Assembly (NCBI GenBank): GCA_965227835.1
Contig: OZ245768.1
Span: 690,001-722,000 of the forward strand
DNA length: 32,000 nt
Direction: 5' to 3'
Source: Candidatus Saccharimonadota bacterium
Lineage (GTDB): Bacteria > Patescibacteriota > Gracilibacteria > BD1-5 > UBA6164
The translations under genes were made by a program, and so were the position numbers. Shown one piece after another: positions 19,581 through 32,000 of the stretch; the first letter of the stretch is position 1, and each line of letters begins with the position of its first letter. The notes beneath the pieces are model-generated. The model ran no database searches, was not told the DNA's origin, and was given only the letters and a program-made list of their open reading frames with translations.

Positions 19581-19583
19581 TTA

Positions 19584-20744
19584 TTATTTTTTCAAAATTA
19601 CTTCTTGAGTTGGGAATGCCATTTCTATTTTAGCTTTGGCAAATTTATCTTTTATTATCATATTTATCTCCTCTTTTTGTTTAACAAACTGTTTATAATC
19701 CTCATTTAAAGTAGAAAAATAAACAGTTCTTATATTAAGAGAAAAGTCTCAAAATGTATCAAAATTAACTCTAAAATAACTTATAGTGTTTTTTTCTATA
19801 TAATCCTGTAAAATATTTTCTATTATTTCTACAGCTTCTTTTGTTTTTGCCAAGCTAGTAGCATAAACTATTCAAATACTAAATTCTCATCTTCTTGTCT
19901 CCCTTTTAGTCAAATTTTCTATATTACTAGATATAAGTTTTTCATTTGGGATCAAGACAAAATATCCTTCTTTATCAATCATAGTAAGATGAGAAATTCA
20001 CATTTCTTTTACAGTTCCTACCTGTCAATCTATTTTTATATAATCTCAAAGTCAAAAAGGTTTTGTTAAAAGTACAGTTATAGCTCAAAATATATTGCTA
20101 AGTGTTTTTTGTGCAGCTAAAGCAATTGCCAAACCTCATATTCAAGCTCAAGTAATAAGAGCAGTAACATTATATCCTAGGTTAGAAAGAACAGTTAGAA
20201 CTCATATTATCCAAGTTGTTACTATTATTATTTTCTTCAAAAAGGAAAGAAGACTTTTATTTAAAGATTTGAATTTAGTTTTTTTGATTAAAAGAGCCTC
20301 AAATGATACATTTAAAAAATTTGTAAAATAGTATATAAATATTATTAAAAACAGTACATAAAAAAATTTTCATATATAAAATTGATATTCAAGAGGAACA
20401 TGTATAAACAAAAAAAAGATATATAGTCATATTAAATGCTTTGTGGTTCTTACAAATTTATTGAGATAATCCACAAATAAATTGTCTATTCTAGTATCGG
20501 TTTTATCTGTTATTCTCTCCAAAACAGCTATTAAAAACTTATTGATTATTCATATAAGACCTATCACAGTCAAAAATGCTATAATGGCATTTATATAACT
20601 GAGGATTGTATCTCAATAAGAAACATATTCCGATACATATGAGGAAACATCTTTATAACTACCTAAAAAATAGTATGATAGATATAAAATTCATATTATT
20701 ATAAATACATAATTTTTTGTATTTTTATATATTTTAGCAAGCAT
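19584..20744 (-). CDS. Mechanosensitive ion channel, MscS family
   Basis: 386 aa. TGAGIGGLAIALAAQKTLSNIFGAITVLLTKPFGLGDYIKIDGQVGTVKEMGISHLTMIDKEG (MscS pore helix plus beta domain). N-terminal TM helices. TAA stop at 19584-19586. Confidence 0.9.
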
Positions 20745-20818
20745 AACTTTTAAGTTTTATATTTTAAGATGTTTTTTATTATAGTAAGTTTAATTTGTAA
20801 ATCAAAAGGTTTGTTTTT

Positions 20819-20974
20819 ATGCTTTGGATGTTATTATTTCCAACTTTAAGTGAAATTCCAGAATATATATTATTTCTTCCAGGAATAATATATATTGAGC
20901 ATAAATTATGGGATCTATTTATTTTTACTATTATATGGTTTGGAGTGGGATACCTAATATACGAGAAACAGTAA
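20819..20974 (+). CDS. Possible small membrane protein (51 aa)
   Basis: MLWMLLFPTLSEIPEYILFLPGIIYIEHKLWDLFIFTIIWFGVGYLIYEKQ. Hydrophobic, no TGA, Gly encoded by GGA (3x). Followed by the GC-rich hairpin at 20997-21017. Could be spurious. Confidence 0.35.
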   Translation: MLWMLLFPTLSEIPEYILFLPGIIYIEHKLWDLFIFTIIWFGVGYLIYEKQ

Positions 20975-20989
20975 AAAAGTTTTAGCTTT

Positions 20990-21665
20990 TCTTCTACCCC
21001 GGCCTGAAGGCACGGGGCTTTTATTTGTACTGAAACTTAAAGCTCTATCTCTTCAATCTTATTCTCTTCTTCTCACTGTTGTTCCACATAATTAGATATT
21101 ATTTCTCAATTTATCTCTCATACACTAGATACAAAATATCATACTCACCATATATTTCATGTCTTCCAATACCATCTCTTAATTTCTTTGTAAAAATACC
21201 TCTTTATTGCCTTAGAACTTTCTCACTTTATATGTCATACTATTGTAGATATTGGTTTAGTTAACGGTATCCTACAATACATATGTACATGATCTTCTTC
21301 CATTCATATCTTTATTATTATTACTCATAGCTTTTTACTTATTCATCTTATGATCTTTTCCAATCTATCTTGTATCTCTTTTTCATGAATGGATTTCTGT
21401 ATTTTGTTATCCATACTATATGGTATCTGACATCATATGTCGCATGACTACTTTTTTGGTATTTCATTCTCTCTAGTGTTAGTTTTTAACACTATTTTAT
21501 TTATTCTATTGATTTTTTACACTTTTTTCTTTAGAATCGGCCTGAAGGCAACGGGGTTTAAAACCCTATGTCACAACACATCTCATTTATTCAATTTCTA
21601 TCACTTACACCTTCGGTGTCTTAACTATCTAAAGATAGGGGTTTTTATCCCGATGTGTTGAAATC
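20990..21665 (-). mobile_element. IS200/IS605-family insertion sequence (tnpA only); boundaries approximate
   Basis: A Y1 (HUH) transposase gene is flanked in direct orientation by CGGCCTGAAGGCA(A)CGGGG at 21000-21017 and 21547-21565. This fits the similar subterminal hairpins at the left and right ends of this family. Size is about 600-670 bp. The left end could lie anywhere from about 21580 to 21665. Confidence 0.7.
21037..21467 (-). pseudogene. tnpA: IS200-type Y1 transposase TnpA, disrupted by a 1-nt frameshift
   Basis: Frame A: MKYQKSSHATYDVRYHIVWITKYR. After a missing base in the A-run (plus strand 21393-21398), frame B: KSIHEKEIQDRLEKIIRGISKKLGVIIIKIGMEEDHVHMYCRIPLTKPISTIVGHIKGESSKAIKRYF...GNIWGVGYFVSSVGEINGEIISNYVEQQ. 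HUH motif (HVH) and C-terminal Tyr are present. Length 431 nt (432 minus 1). Many TGA=Gly codons. Confidence 0.85.
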
Positions 21666-21669
21666 AAAG

Positions 21670-21691
21670 CCATCGGATTAAAATCCGACGG
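21670..21691 (-). terminator. Terminator hairpin after the U32 peptidase gene
   Basis: Minus-strand RNA CCGUCGGAUU-UU-AAUCCGAUGG pairs fully (one G-U) and is followed by CUUUGAUUU. On the plus strand the same position would be an A-C mismatch, which favours minus-strand function. Confidence 0.5.
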
Positions 21692-21699
21692 ATATTTCT

Positions 21700-23073
21700 T
21701 TAATTTATTTCTTTTCTAATAATACTAAAATCTGTTGGTTTTTTATCCATATTTATCCAAACTTCGTATCATCAACCATGAGCAGATTGTATTTCTTCAG
21801 ATACATTTTTATCAAAACTATATTTAAAGTCTGTAAAGGAAGTATTTTTCTTATGAACTCAATGATTTAGAGTCGTTTTATATATATTAATAACTTTTGT
21901 TTTGCTTATATCTTTTGGTGAAACTATTTCTATCTCATCATTTATCTCAAATTTATTTTTTACTTCTACCCTTACAAGTTTATTTTTGTAATCATAATCT
22001 CTTAAAATTCCTAAAAAAGCCTTTGTTCCAAAACTACCATTTCTTTCATAAAACTGAGCATTAGCATTTGGGTTTCAGGCTAAAAATCAAGGTATATATC
22101 ATCTGTTTGCTATAGAAAATAATTCTTGAGATAACTTCAAAGAATCATATTTTTCTCATTTTTCTATTGCATCAATTGCTTCTCTGTAAGCTAATCAAAC
22201 AGAGGATATATAATTCACTGTCTTATTTCTACCTTCTACTTTAAAACTTATTATTCAAGCATCTTTCATTTCTTCTAAATAATCAATAGCACATAAGTCT
22301 CTTGAATTCATCAAATAAGTACCATATTCATCTTCATCTATTTCCATCAATTCCCCCGGTCTCTCTTTCTCTTCAAGTGCAAAATTTCATTCTAATTCCT
22401 TATACTCTTCTGGCCTTCAAGTAAGCATTTCAAGTTCTTCCTGTGTTTTATCATTTTTAAAAACTTTATATTCCCATCTACAAGAATGGCTACAAGTTCA
22501 TTGGTTTGGATCTCTGTTGGAAAGATAGTTTGAAATAAGACATCTACCAGAATAAGCCATACATATTGCTCCGTGCACAAAAGCTTCAAGCTCCATATTT
22601 GGGCACTTTTCATGTATTTCTTTTATCTCTTTTATAGATATTTCACGACTTAAAATTATTCTTTTTATTCATATAGATTCCCAAAATTCAGCCTGTGCCC
22701 AGTTGGTATTATTAGCCTGTACAGATAAATGAATTTCTACATCAGGAAATTCTTTTCTAACTATATAAATAAGTCATGGATCAGCCATAATAAATGCATC
22801 AGGTTTCATGTCTACCATTTTTCTAAATTGAGCCATAAATGGTTTGATTTTAACATTATGTGCATATATATTTGCTGTAAAATATATTTTTTTTCACAAA
22901 CTATGTGCATAATCTGAAGCCTCTTTCAAACTATCCATATTGAAGGAATTTGTCCTAGCTCTAAGAGAAAACATAGGAGCTCAAACATATGTAGCATCAG
23001 CTCAATAAGCATAAGCAAATTTAAGTTTTTCCATATCTCAAGCTGGCATAAGTAATTCTAGTTTCTTTGTCAT
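21700..23073 (-). CDS. U32-family peptidase (YegQ/TrhP-like, implicated in tRNA ho5U synthesis)
   Basis: 457 aa. MTKKLELLMPAGDMEKLKFAYAYGADATYVG...; HLSVQANNTNW; AFVHGAICMAYSGRCLISNYLSNRDPNQGTCSHSCRW; FKVEGRNKT. Confidence 0.9.
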
Positions 23074-23115
23074 TTTATAGTAATTTATATTGTTTATATA
23101 ATAAATGTTATTAAT

Positions 23116-23192
23116 TGGCAAGGACCGTTGGAATTGCACCAACGTCTCCAGGGGTCGGAATCCTGGCACTCTTCTAATTAAGCTAGGTCCTT
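23116..23192 (-). tRNA. tRNA, probably Arg (anticodon CCG), atypical anticodon arm; CCA encoded
   Basis: Minus strand: AAGGACC-UA-GCUU-AAUUAGAA-GAGU-G-CCAGG-AUUCCGACC-CCUGG-AGAC-GUUGG-UGCAAUU-CCAAC-GGUCCUU-G-CCA (77 nt). Acceptor and T stems pair perfectly. U8, A14, A21, C56 and A58 are present. The anticodon loop is 9 nt, or 7 nt (UUCCGAC) closed by an A-C pair. Confidence 0.6.
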
Positions 23193-23229
23193 ATAAAGCA
23201 GAATGTTAATTTTTTAAAACTCTCCTTAA

Positions 23230-23625
23230 CTACAAAGTTATATAGTTAAATACAAGTTTATAAACTATTCAAAAAAATAAAATAGACAAACAAATAAGTC
23301 AAAAAACAAATGCTTTTAAACGGTATTTTGATCATGAATAATAAAACTTAGAATAAAATATTCTTGATAAAACCCACATAATTCAAACAAATCAAACAAA
23401 ATAATGATTTAACAAAGTTGATGACATCCATAAAAGAGGTAAAAATAAAACCATATATTCACAAGTATTTTTATGTGCTCTAGAGACTCTTTCAAAATTT
23501 TCATTTCAAGATGTATAAGGGACTTTTATTTTATATTTAATTCTTGCTCTTCAAACATTGAACGATAAAATAAGTTGTAGGAGTATAGCAGATAAACTAA
23601 CAAATATAATGATAGTATTTTCCAT
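23230..23625 (-). CDS. MAPEG-family membrane protein
   Basis: 131 aa. ...FNVGRARIKYKIKVPYTSGNENFERVSRAHKNTCEYMVLFLPLLW... (R.H.N..E motif). 3-4 TM segments. TAG stop at 23230-23232. Confidence 0.7.
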
Positions 23626-23653
23626 AAATTTAAAAGATTAAAAGTTTAAAAAG

Positions 23654-24154
23654 TTATATATTTAATGATTTTCAGTTTTTTCTAATATTTAAAGCTCACA
23701 TATAAGCTAGTCAAATAGCATCAGCTGCATCATCAGGTTTTGGTATATCTTGAAGTTTCATAATTATAGAAATAGCTCTTTGTAATTGCTCTTTTTTTGC
23801 CTGTCAATTTCAGGTTATAGCTTTTTTGACTTGCAAAGGAGTATATTCTAATATTTCTAAATTATTCCTAATTGATTCATAAATTATTACACCTCTAGCA
23901 TGAGCAACATCTATACCTGTTTTTAAGTTAGTTTGAAAATAAAGCTTTTCAACTGAAACAAAATCTGGTTTAAAAGAATTTATCAAATTTTTCATATCGT
24001 TTCAAATTTCTAGCAGTTTAACAGCCAAAGGCATTTTGGGAGTAGTAGAAAATATACCGTAATCTATTAATTCAAAATCTGAATTAGAATGCTTTTTTAT
24101 CAAAGCATATCATACAGTAGTAGTTCATGGATCTATTCATAAAATAATTGACAT
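23654..24154 (-). CDS. ruvC: Crossover junction endodeoxyribonuclease RuvC
   Basis: 166 aa. MSIILGIDPGTTTVGYALI..., FVSVEKLYFQTNLKTGIDVAHARGVI, TPLQVKKAITGNGQAKKEQL, PDDAADAIGLAY. Confidence 0.9.
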
Positions 24155-24250
24155 GAAAATACTTGACTTATTTTAGTAAATGTGTTTTAATGTAGGAGTA
24201 TACTTAATTTATTTTCTTGTATTACTTTAATTATAATAATATTAATAAAA

Positions 24251-24400
24251 ATGAGAAAATCAAAAATAACTATAAATTCAAGTATACTTGATAAGATAGT
24301 AGAATCTAGTATTTTATCAGATAAAGAGAAGCTAGTATTTATGCAGTATATATGATATATGACTGGAAGTGAGAGATTAAAACTAGCTTCAATAATATAA
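24251..24400 (+). CDS. Possible small protein (49 aa)
   Basis: MRKSKITINSSILDKIVESSILSDKEKLVFMQYIGYMTGSERLKLASII. One TGA=Gly codon (IGY; TGS uses GGA). Followed by a terminator. No homology recognised. Confidence 0.4.
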
Positions 24401-24430
24401 AAAAAGAGAAACTGCCATTTCTCTTTTTTT
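24401..24430. terminator. Bidirectional terminator between convergent genes
   Basis: AAAAAGAGAAA-CTGCCA-TTTCTCTTTTT, with an A-run and a T-run on either side. Confidence 0.6.
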
Positions 24431-24453
24431 GGTTGTTTTTTATTCTAAAAAGC

Positions 24454-25827
24454 CTAATTATTTTCATTGTATTCATTTATAGCTTTTGTGATATCTCTTG
24501 TATTTAAAGGTGAGGTTATGTTAACATCTACACCACCCCATGAAGTAATACGTAAGTGATATCAATCTCATCTTAATAGTAAAAAACCTTTAGGTTTTAT
24601 ATCATGATTAATTATATCATGGTCAATTCTTTGGATCTTAGATAAAATATATTCTAATATTTTTCTTTCCAAAATACCTATACGAGTGATATTATTTGCA
24701 TCTATGAATAAATTCTCTGAATCTCAGTTAGGATTAATATCTTCATAAATATACCTATTATTTTCTCAATCATAGCTTAATCAAGGTATATTTTCTACTT
24801 CTAGTTTAAGGTTTTCAATAGAGTTTTCTTTTGATTCTTGTCTAGATATATCTATCCATTGAACTAAATCTGCTATATTACTGACCTCTGATATTGATTT
24901 TTTATTTCCTAAAAAATAATAATAAGCATTTTTACCATCTTTAGTCAAAAAAGTTAATTCTCAATCTCAAATAAGTTTTGGACTAAGAAGCAAAAGCATA
25001 GATAAATATCTTTTATGAGTATCTACTTCATCAATTATTTTATCAGTAATATTTATTAACTTCATACCATATTCTCTTCAATTTAAATTTAAATGAAGAT
25101 AAGAATTTCCAACAGACAAAGAAGATTTATCAATTCATAAACTTAAACTTATTTTATCTAAATATGTCTTTAATTCTTTATCTACGTTAAATTTTATATC
25201 TTCACCTTTATCAAAGTATAAATCATCATGAAATTCCTGATCATTGATATTATATTTTTCCCAAGAATCATGTTCAAAATTTGCTGAATTAGATGAATTT
25301 CAAGTTGAATCATTAAAACATTCTCAATTATAATGTAGGACTAATTTATTTTTACTAGAAAGAAATTTATCATAAATAATCTCTATTTTATCATCAAATA
25401 TTATAACTCATTTAAACCTATCATTATTTGTATCTACAGAAAAATCTTCCATTAAAATGTCACTCAGTTCTTTCCAACTAGGTAAAGCTTTACAATGAAG
25501 TTTCTCCTCAAATTCAGCAAATTTCTGGTAAATTTCAGAATCCTTTATTTTAACTCAATCTATCAGCATATCTAAATGCATATCCCTTATAAATTTCCTA
25601 GACTCTTGTGATATATTATCTAAACCTTCAAATATTTTATTAAATTCATTTTGATTTATTTTTCCATCTTTCAAATAATAATTCAATGAATTTAAAGAAC
25701 TAATTGGTGTTATATTTGCTTTATTTTCATTTCATTCTGAACTATTTGAATTTTCAAAGCTACCAGCAAACTTTAATTCAAATAAATGGAAATAATTCTC
25801 TTTTAAAAAATTTATTATTGTAGACAT
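24454..25827 (-). CDS. Hypothetical protein (457 aa), no recognisable domain
   Basis: Continuous frame with TGA=Gly from ATG 25825-25827 to TAG 24454-24456. MSTIINFLKENYFHLFELKFAGSFENSNSSEGNENKANITPISS...GFLLLRGDGYHLRITSWGGVDVNITSPLNTRDITKAINEYNENN. No signal peptide or TM segment seen. Confidence 0.75.
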
Positions 25828-25882
25828 ATTATATTATAATTAAAGAATAAAGATAAGATAATTGTTATCCTATACAATAAAA

Positions 25883-25911
25883 ATAATACTATATAAATAA
25901 ATTTTTGTCAA
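25883..25911 (-). promoter_or_regulatory. Sigma70-like promoter TTGACA-17-TATTAT for the 457-aa orphan gene
   Basis: Minus-strand TTGACA at 25911-25906, 17-nt spacer, TATTAT at 25888-25883. Confidence 0.5.
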
Positions 25912-26039
25912 AAATCTACGGTTCTCTTTTTCCTACTATAAGAAAATTGTATAAAAGAATTGATAAAAGAGATAAAAGAAATAGATTTTTAAGAAAAAAA
26001 GAAGCTCCTATTTAAAAAATAATTAAATCTATTAAAGTA

Positions 26040-27395
26040 TTATATAATCTCTCTTAAATATATATAATAACTTTTCAAATTAATAATTAATTTTCTTAAA
26101 CTATTAATAATAATTCTGAAAATCAAAGAAAAGAAAAACAAAAACAAAATGAAAAATAAAGTGAGAAGAACCAAATTTTTACTCACAAAAATACTTGTTA
26201 TGCTGTAAAAAAATAATCATATTATTCAACAAAGAGGTACTATTAAACTGAATTTTTTTAATTCTCTCTTTTTTAAAAAAGGTAAAAATATTAAAGGAAT
26301 TATAAAAATTAAACATAAAGCTAAAATAGAATTTTCATTAAAAATACCAGATAAAAAGCAAGAAAAAACAAATATTAGAAAAAGAGATAAAGAAATATAT
26401 TTAAAATCTTTCATTTTTACCATTTTTTTATTCTTCTCATCCCATAAACAATAGATTGGTGATATTAAAACATCTTGAATTTTCAATCATTTTTTCTGAA
26501 AAATTTTATTTTCCTCGTAACATTTAGATAGATGATAAAGAGGTATTTTACTAATAAAATGATGTATATGATGATAACATATATATCAAGTAAAAAAATG
26601 AAGTATTTTTGGTAAATCTATGAAAGAACTTCATTCTATAGCACATTTAGCAAAGTCCCAATCGTTTGATCTTTCTAGCCATGATTCTTCATATCTATGT
26701 TGAGCACTGAAAAGGTAAAATCCAAAAAAAGCAGTTAAAACCATTGGAAGAAGTAAAATCCAAAAAAATAAGCTAAAGCCCATTATAAAGAATAAAGATA
26801 CATATAAAAACAAACAAAAAATAGAGTTTAGTATTATACTTAAATTATCTTCTTTGGAACTATATTTTAAAAAAGGAATATGATAACCTATAAAAAATTG
26901 TAAAGGAGCCCAGATTGTGGACATAAAAAGTGGATAGTTTTCTATTAAATATTTAAATTTATTCCAAAAATTCATTTTACTATATTCATCTAAAGTAAGT
27001 ATTCTAAGATATCAATGATTATATCACTCGTTTTCTCTTTTATCTAGATTTCATAAAAAAGCATGATGTTTAGAGTGGTCATTCTTCCAGTAAGTATAGG
27101 GAGTTATAGTGAAAAGACTTAAAAGTCTTCATAAAAACTGGTTAGATTTTTTATTTGGAAAATAAGAATCATGACCACAATCATGTTGTATCACAAAAAA
27201 CATAGTGAGTCAAAACACAGTGAAAACAATTCAAAAAATATTTAAAAAGAAAAATTCTTGAAAATATCAGATAATAGATAATGAAATACCAAAACAAAAA
27301 ACAGATATACTCAAAAATAAATATAAAATAGCTTTCATATATTCTGGTTTATATTTGTTTCTTATTTCAGAAATATTTATTTGGTTGTATTCCAT
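26040..27395 (-). CDS. Membrane fatty-acid desaturase with a C-terminal hydrophobic extension
   Basis: 451 aa. His boxes HDCGH, HSKHH and HHIHH. Joins track ORFs 26631..26975 and 26226..26486 through TGA. After CLWDEKNKKMV the frame continues through about 120 mostly hydrophobic residues, reading through TGAs at 26226 and 26217 to TAA at 26040-26042. Confidence 0.82.
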
Positions 27396-27486
27396 AATTA
27401 TTAATTTCATATATAAAAACTCACTGGAATAGCTATATTATTATAATATTGTTTTTAGAAAATCAATAGAAGTATGACTTAAAAAA

Positions 27487-28152
27487 TTATTTAAGAACAT
27501 ATCACTGCCTAAGTAAGGTTTTAATATTAAAATCATCTCAAAGCTTTTTTCTTAGTTTAAATATGGTAACATTTAAATTATTATCAGAAACTTTTAGTGT
27601 ATCATACTCTCACCATACAGAAGTAATTAACTGTTCCTTTGTTACTAAATTACCTTTGTTGAAAATAAAAAATTCTACTAATTGAGTTTCACGAAGAGTT
27701 AAGCTAATTGGTTTACCTCATTTTTTTAAAATTTTTTTAGAAGAATCATATAATAATTTTTTATATCTAATTTTTGAATTTTTCTTAACTCAGAACTTTC
27801 TTCTAAAAAGAGATCTAATTCTTGCCATTAATTCTCAAGTAGAAAAAGGTTTAGACATATAGTCATCTGCTCATATATCAAGGGCATATATTTTCTTTTC
27901 CTGTTCACTATAAGCTGAAACTATTATTATGGGTGTGTTTAGATTTTTTTCTCTTCTGAGATATTTTATAATATTATATCAGTTTCAATCTCATAAAGAC
28001 AAATCCAATATGTATAAATCAGAATTATAAGATCTATTTTTCATAAATTCCCCAAAACTATTATAAACTATGGCATTATATCAATTACTCATAAGCCTTC
28101 TTGCCATAGTTTTTCATAGTGATTTTTCATCTTCAACTATTGTTATATACAT
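27487..28152 (-). CDS. OmpR/PhoB-family response regulator
   Basis: 221 aa. MYITIVEDEKSLGKTMARRL...LYILDLSLGDGNGYNII (phospho-acceptor Asp), GADDYMSKPFSTGELMARI. Winged-helix LTLRETQLVEFF...VTIFKLRKKLG...RQGYVLK. Confidence 0.9.
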
Positions 28153-28231
28153 AAGCCAAAGTTTTTTATTTATATAATTGTTCCTATATTATATCATTAA
28201 AAACTTATGTCAATCATAAATTTTTAACTAA

Positions 28232-28260
28232 AAAAGAGATTTTTTTAGGAAATCTCTTTT
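28232..28260 (-). terminator. Terminator hairpin downstream of rpoC
   Basis: AAAAGAGATT-(9 nt)-AATCTCTTTT. On the minus strand the 3' arm ends in a U-run. Confidence 0.6.
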
Positions 28261-28279
28261 TTAAAAACCCAATTTTTAT

Positions 28280-32000
<3,721 letters not shown>

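Noticed and set aside
21385-21405. Programmed -1 ribosomal frameshift in tnpA.
   Set aside because: The shift site (C AGA AAT) is not a slippery X XXY YYZ heptamer, and no downstream pseudoknot is evident. A 1-nt loss in an A-run, or a sequencing error, is the simpler explanation.
20095-22917. Track ORFs 20095..20331 (+), 21079..21264 (+), 21437..21661 (+), 22392..22613 (-) and 22729..22917 (+).
   Set aside because: The plus-strand ORFs are antisense to mscS, tnpA/IS sequence and the U32 gene respectively. 22392..22613 is out of frame within the U32 gene. None has independent support.
26040-26228. TGA at 26226 as the genuine stop of the desaturase (context-dependent termination).
   Set aside because: Every other TGA in the window behaves as sense, and the downstream frame stays open for 62 more codons in AT-rich sequence. 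This is kept only as a caveat in the finding, since I cannot exclude it from sequence alone.

Overview
This is an AT-rich bacterial chromosome segment (GC judged by eye, not computed). The supplied standard-code ORF track is misleading here. Almost every recognisable gene is interrupted only by TGA. Reading TGA as glycine (NCBI table 25, the Absconditabacteria/SR1 and Gracilibacteria/BD1-5 recoding within the CPR) gives about 30 uninterrupted genes ending in TAA or TAG, at high coding density. All coordinates below were re-derived by hand under that code and include the stop codon. Products are called from motifs I recognise; no database search was run.

Housekeeping genes:
- htpG (partial), yidD, miaB, valS, rlmE, ruvC and rpoC (partial)
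- a polyprenyl glycosylphosphotransferase
- a U32-family peptidase
- a YgjP-like metallohydrolase
- a CaCA Na+/Ca2+ antiporter
- an MscS-family channel
- a MAPEG protein
- a membrane fatty-acid desaturase next to an orphan OmpR-type response regulator
- one atypical tRNA, probably Arg-CCG

Accessory or unusual content:
- a stand-alone T4SS-coupling-protein-like ATPase
- a recoded BrnT/BrnA-like toxin-antitoxin pair
- two tandem secreted 3D-domain plus peptidoglycan-binding paralogs separated by an array of palindromic repeats
- a frameshifted IS200/IS605-type tnpA that itself uses TGA for Gly, flanked by a repeated GC-rich hairpin motif
- a hypothetical gene followed by a short divergent ORF that shares its leader and carries an (ATGAT)4 tract and a 29-bp tandem duplication
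- a 457-aa orphan protein
- small membrane-protein genes that, unlike their neighbours, contain no sense TGA and carry Shine-Dalgarno sites

The main signal is the recoding itself plus these code-discordant cassettes. No CRISPR array, rRNA or obvious defence operon was seen.
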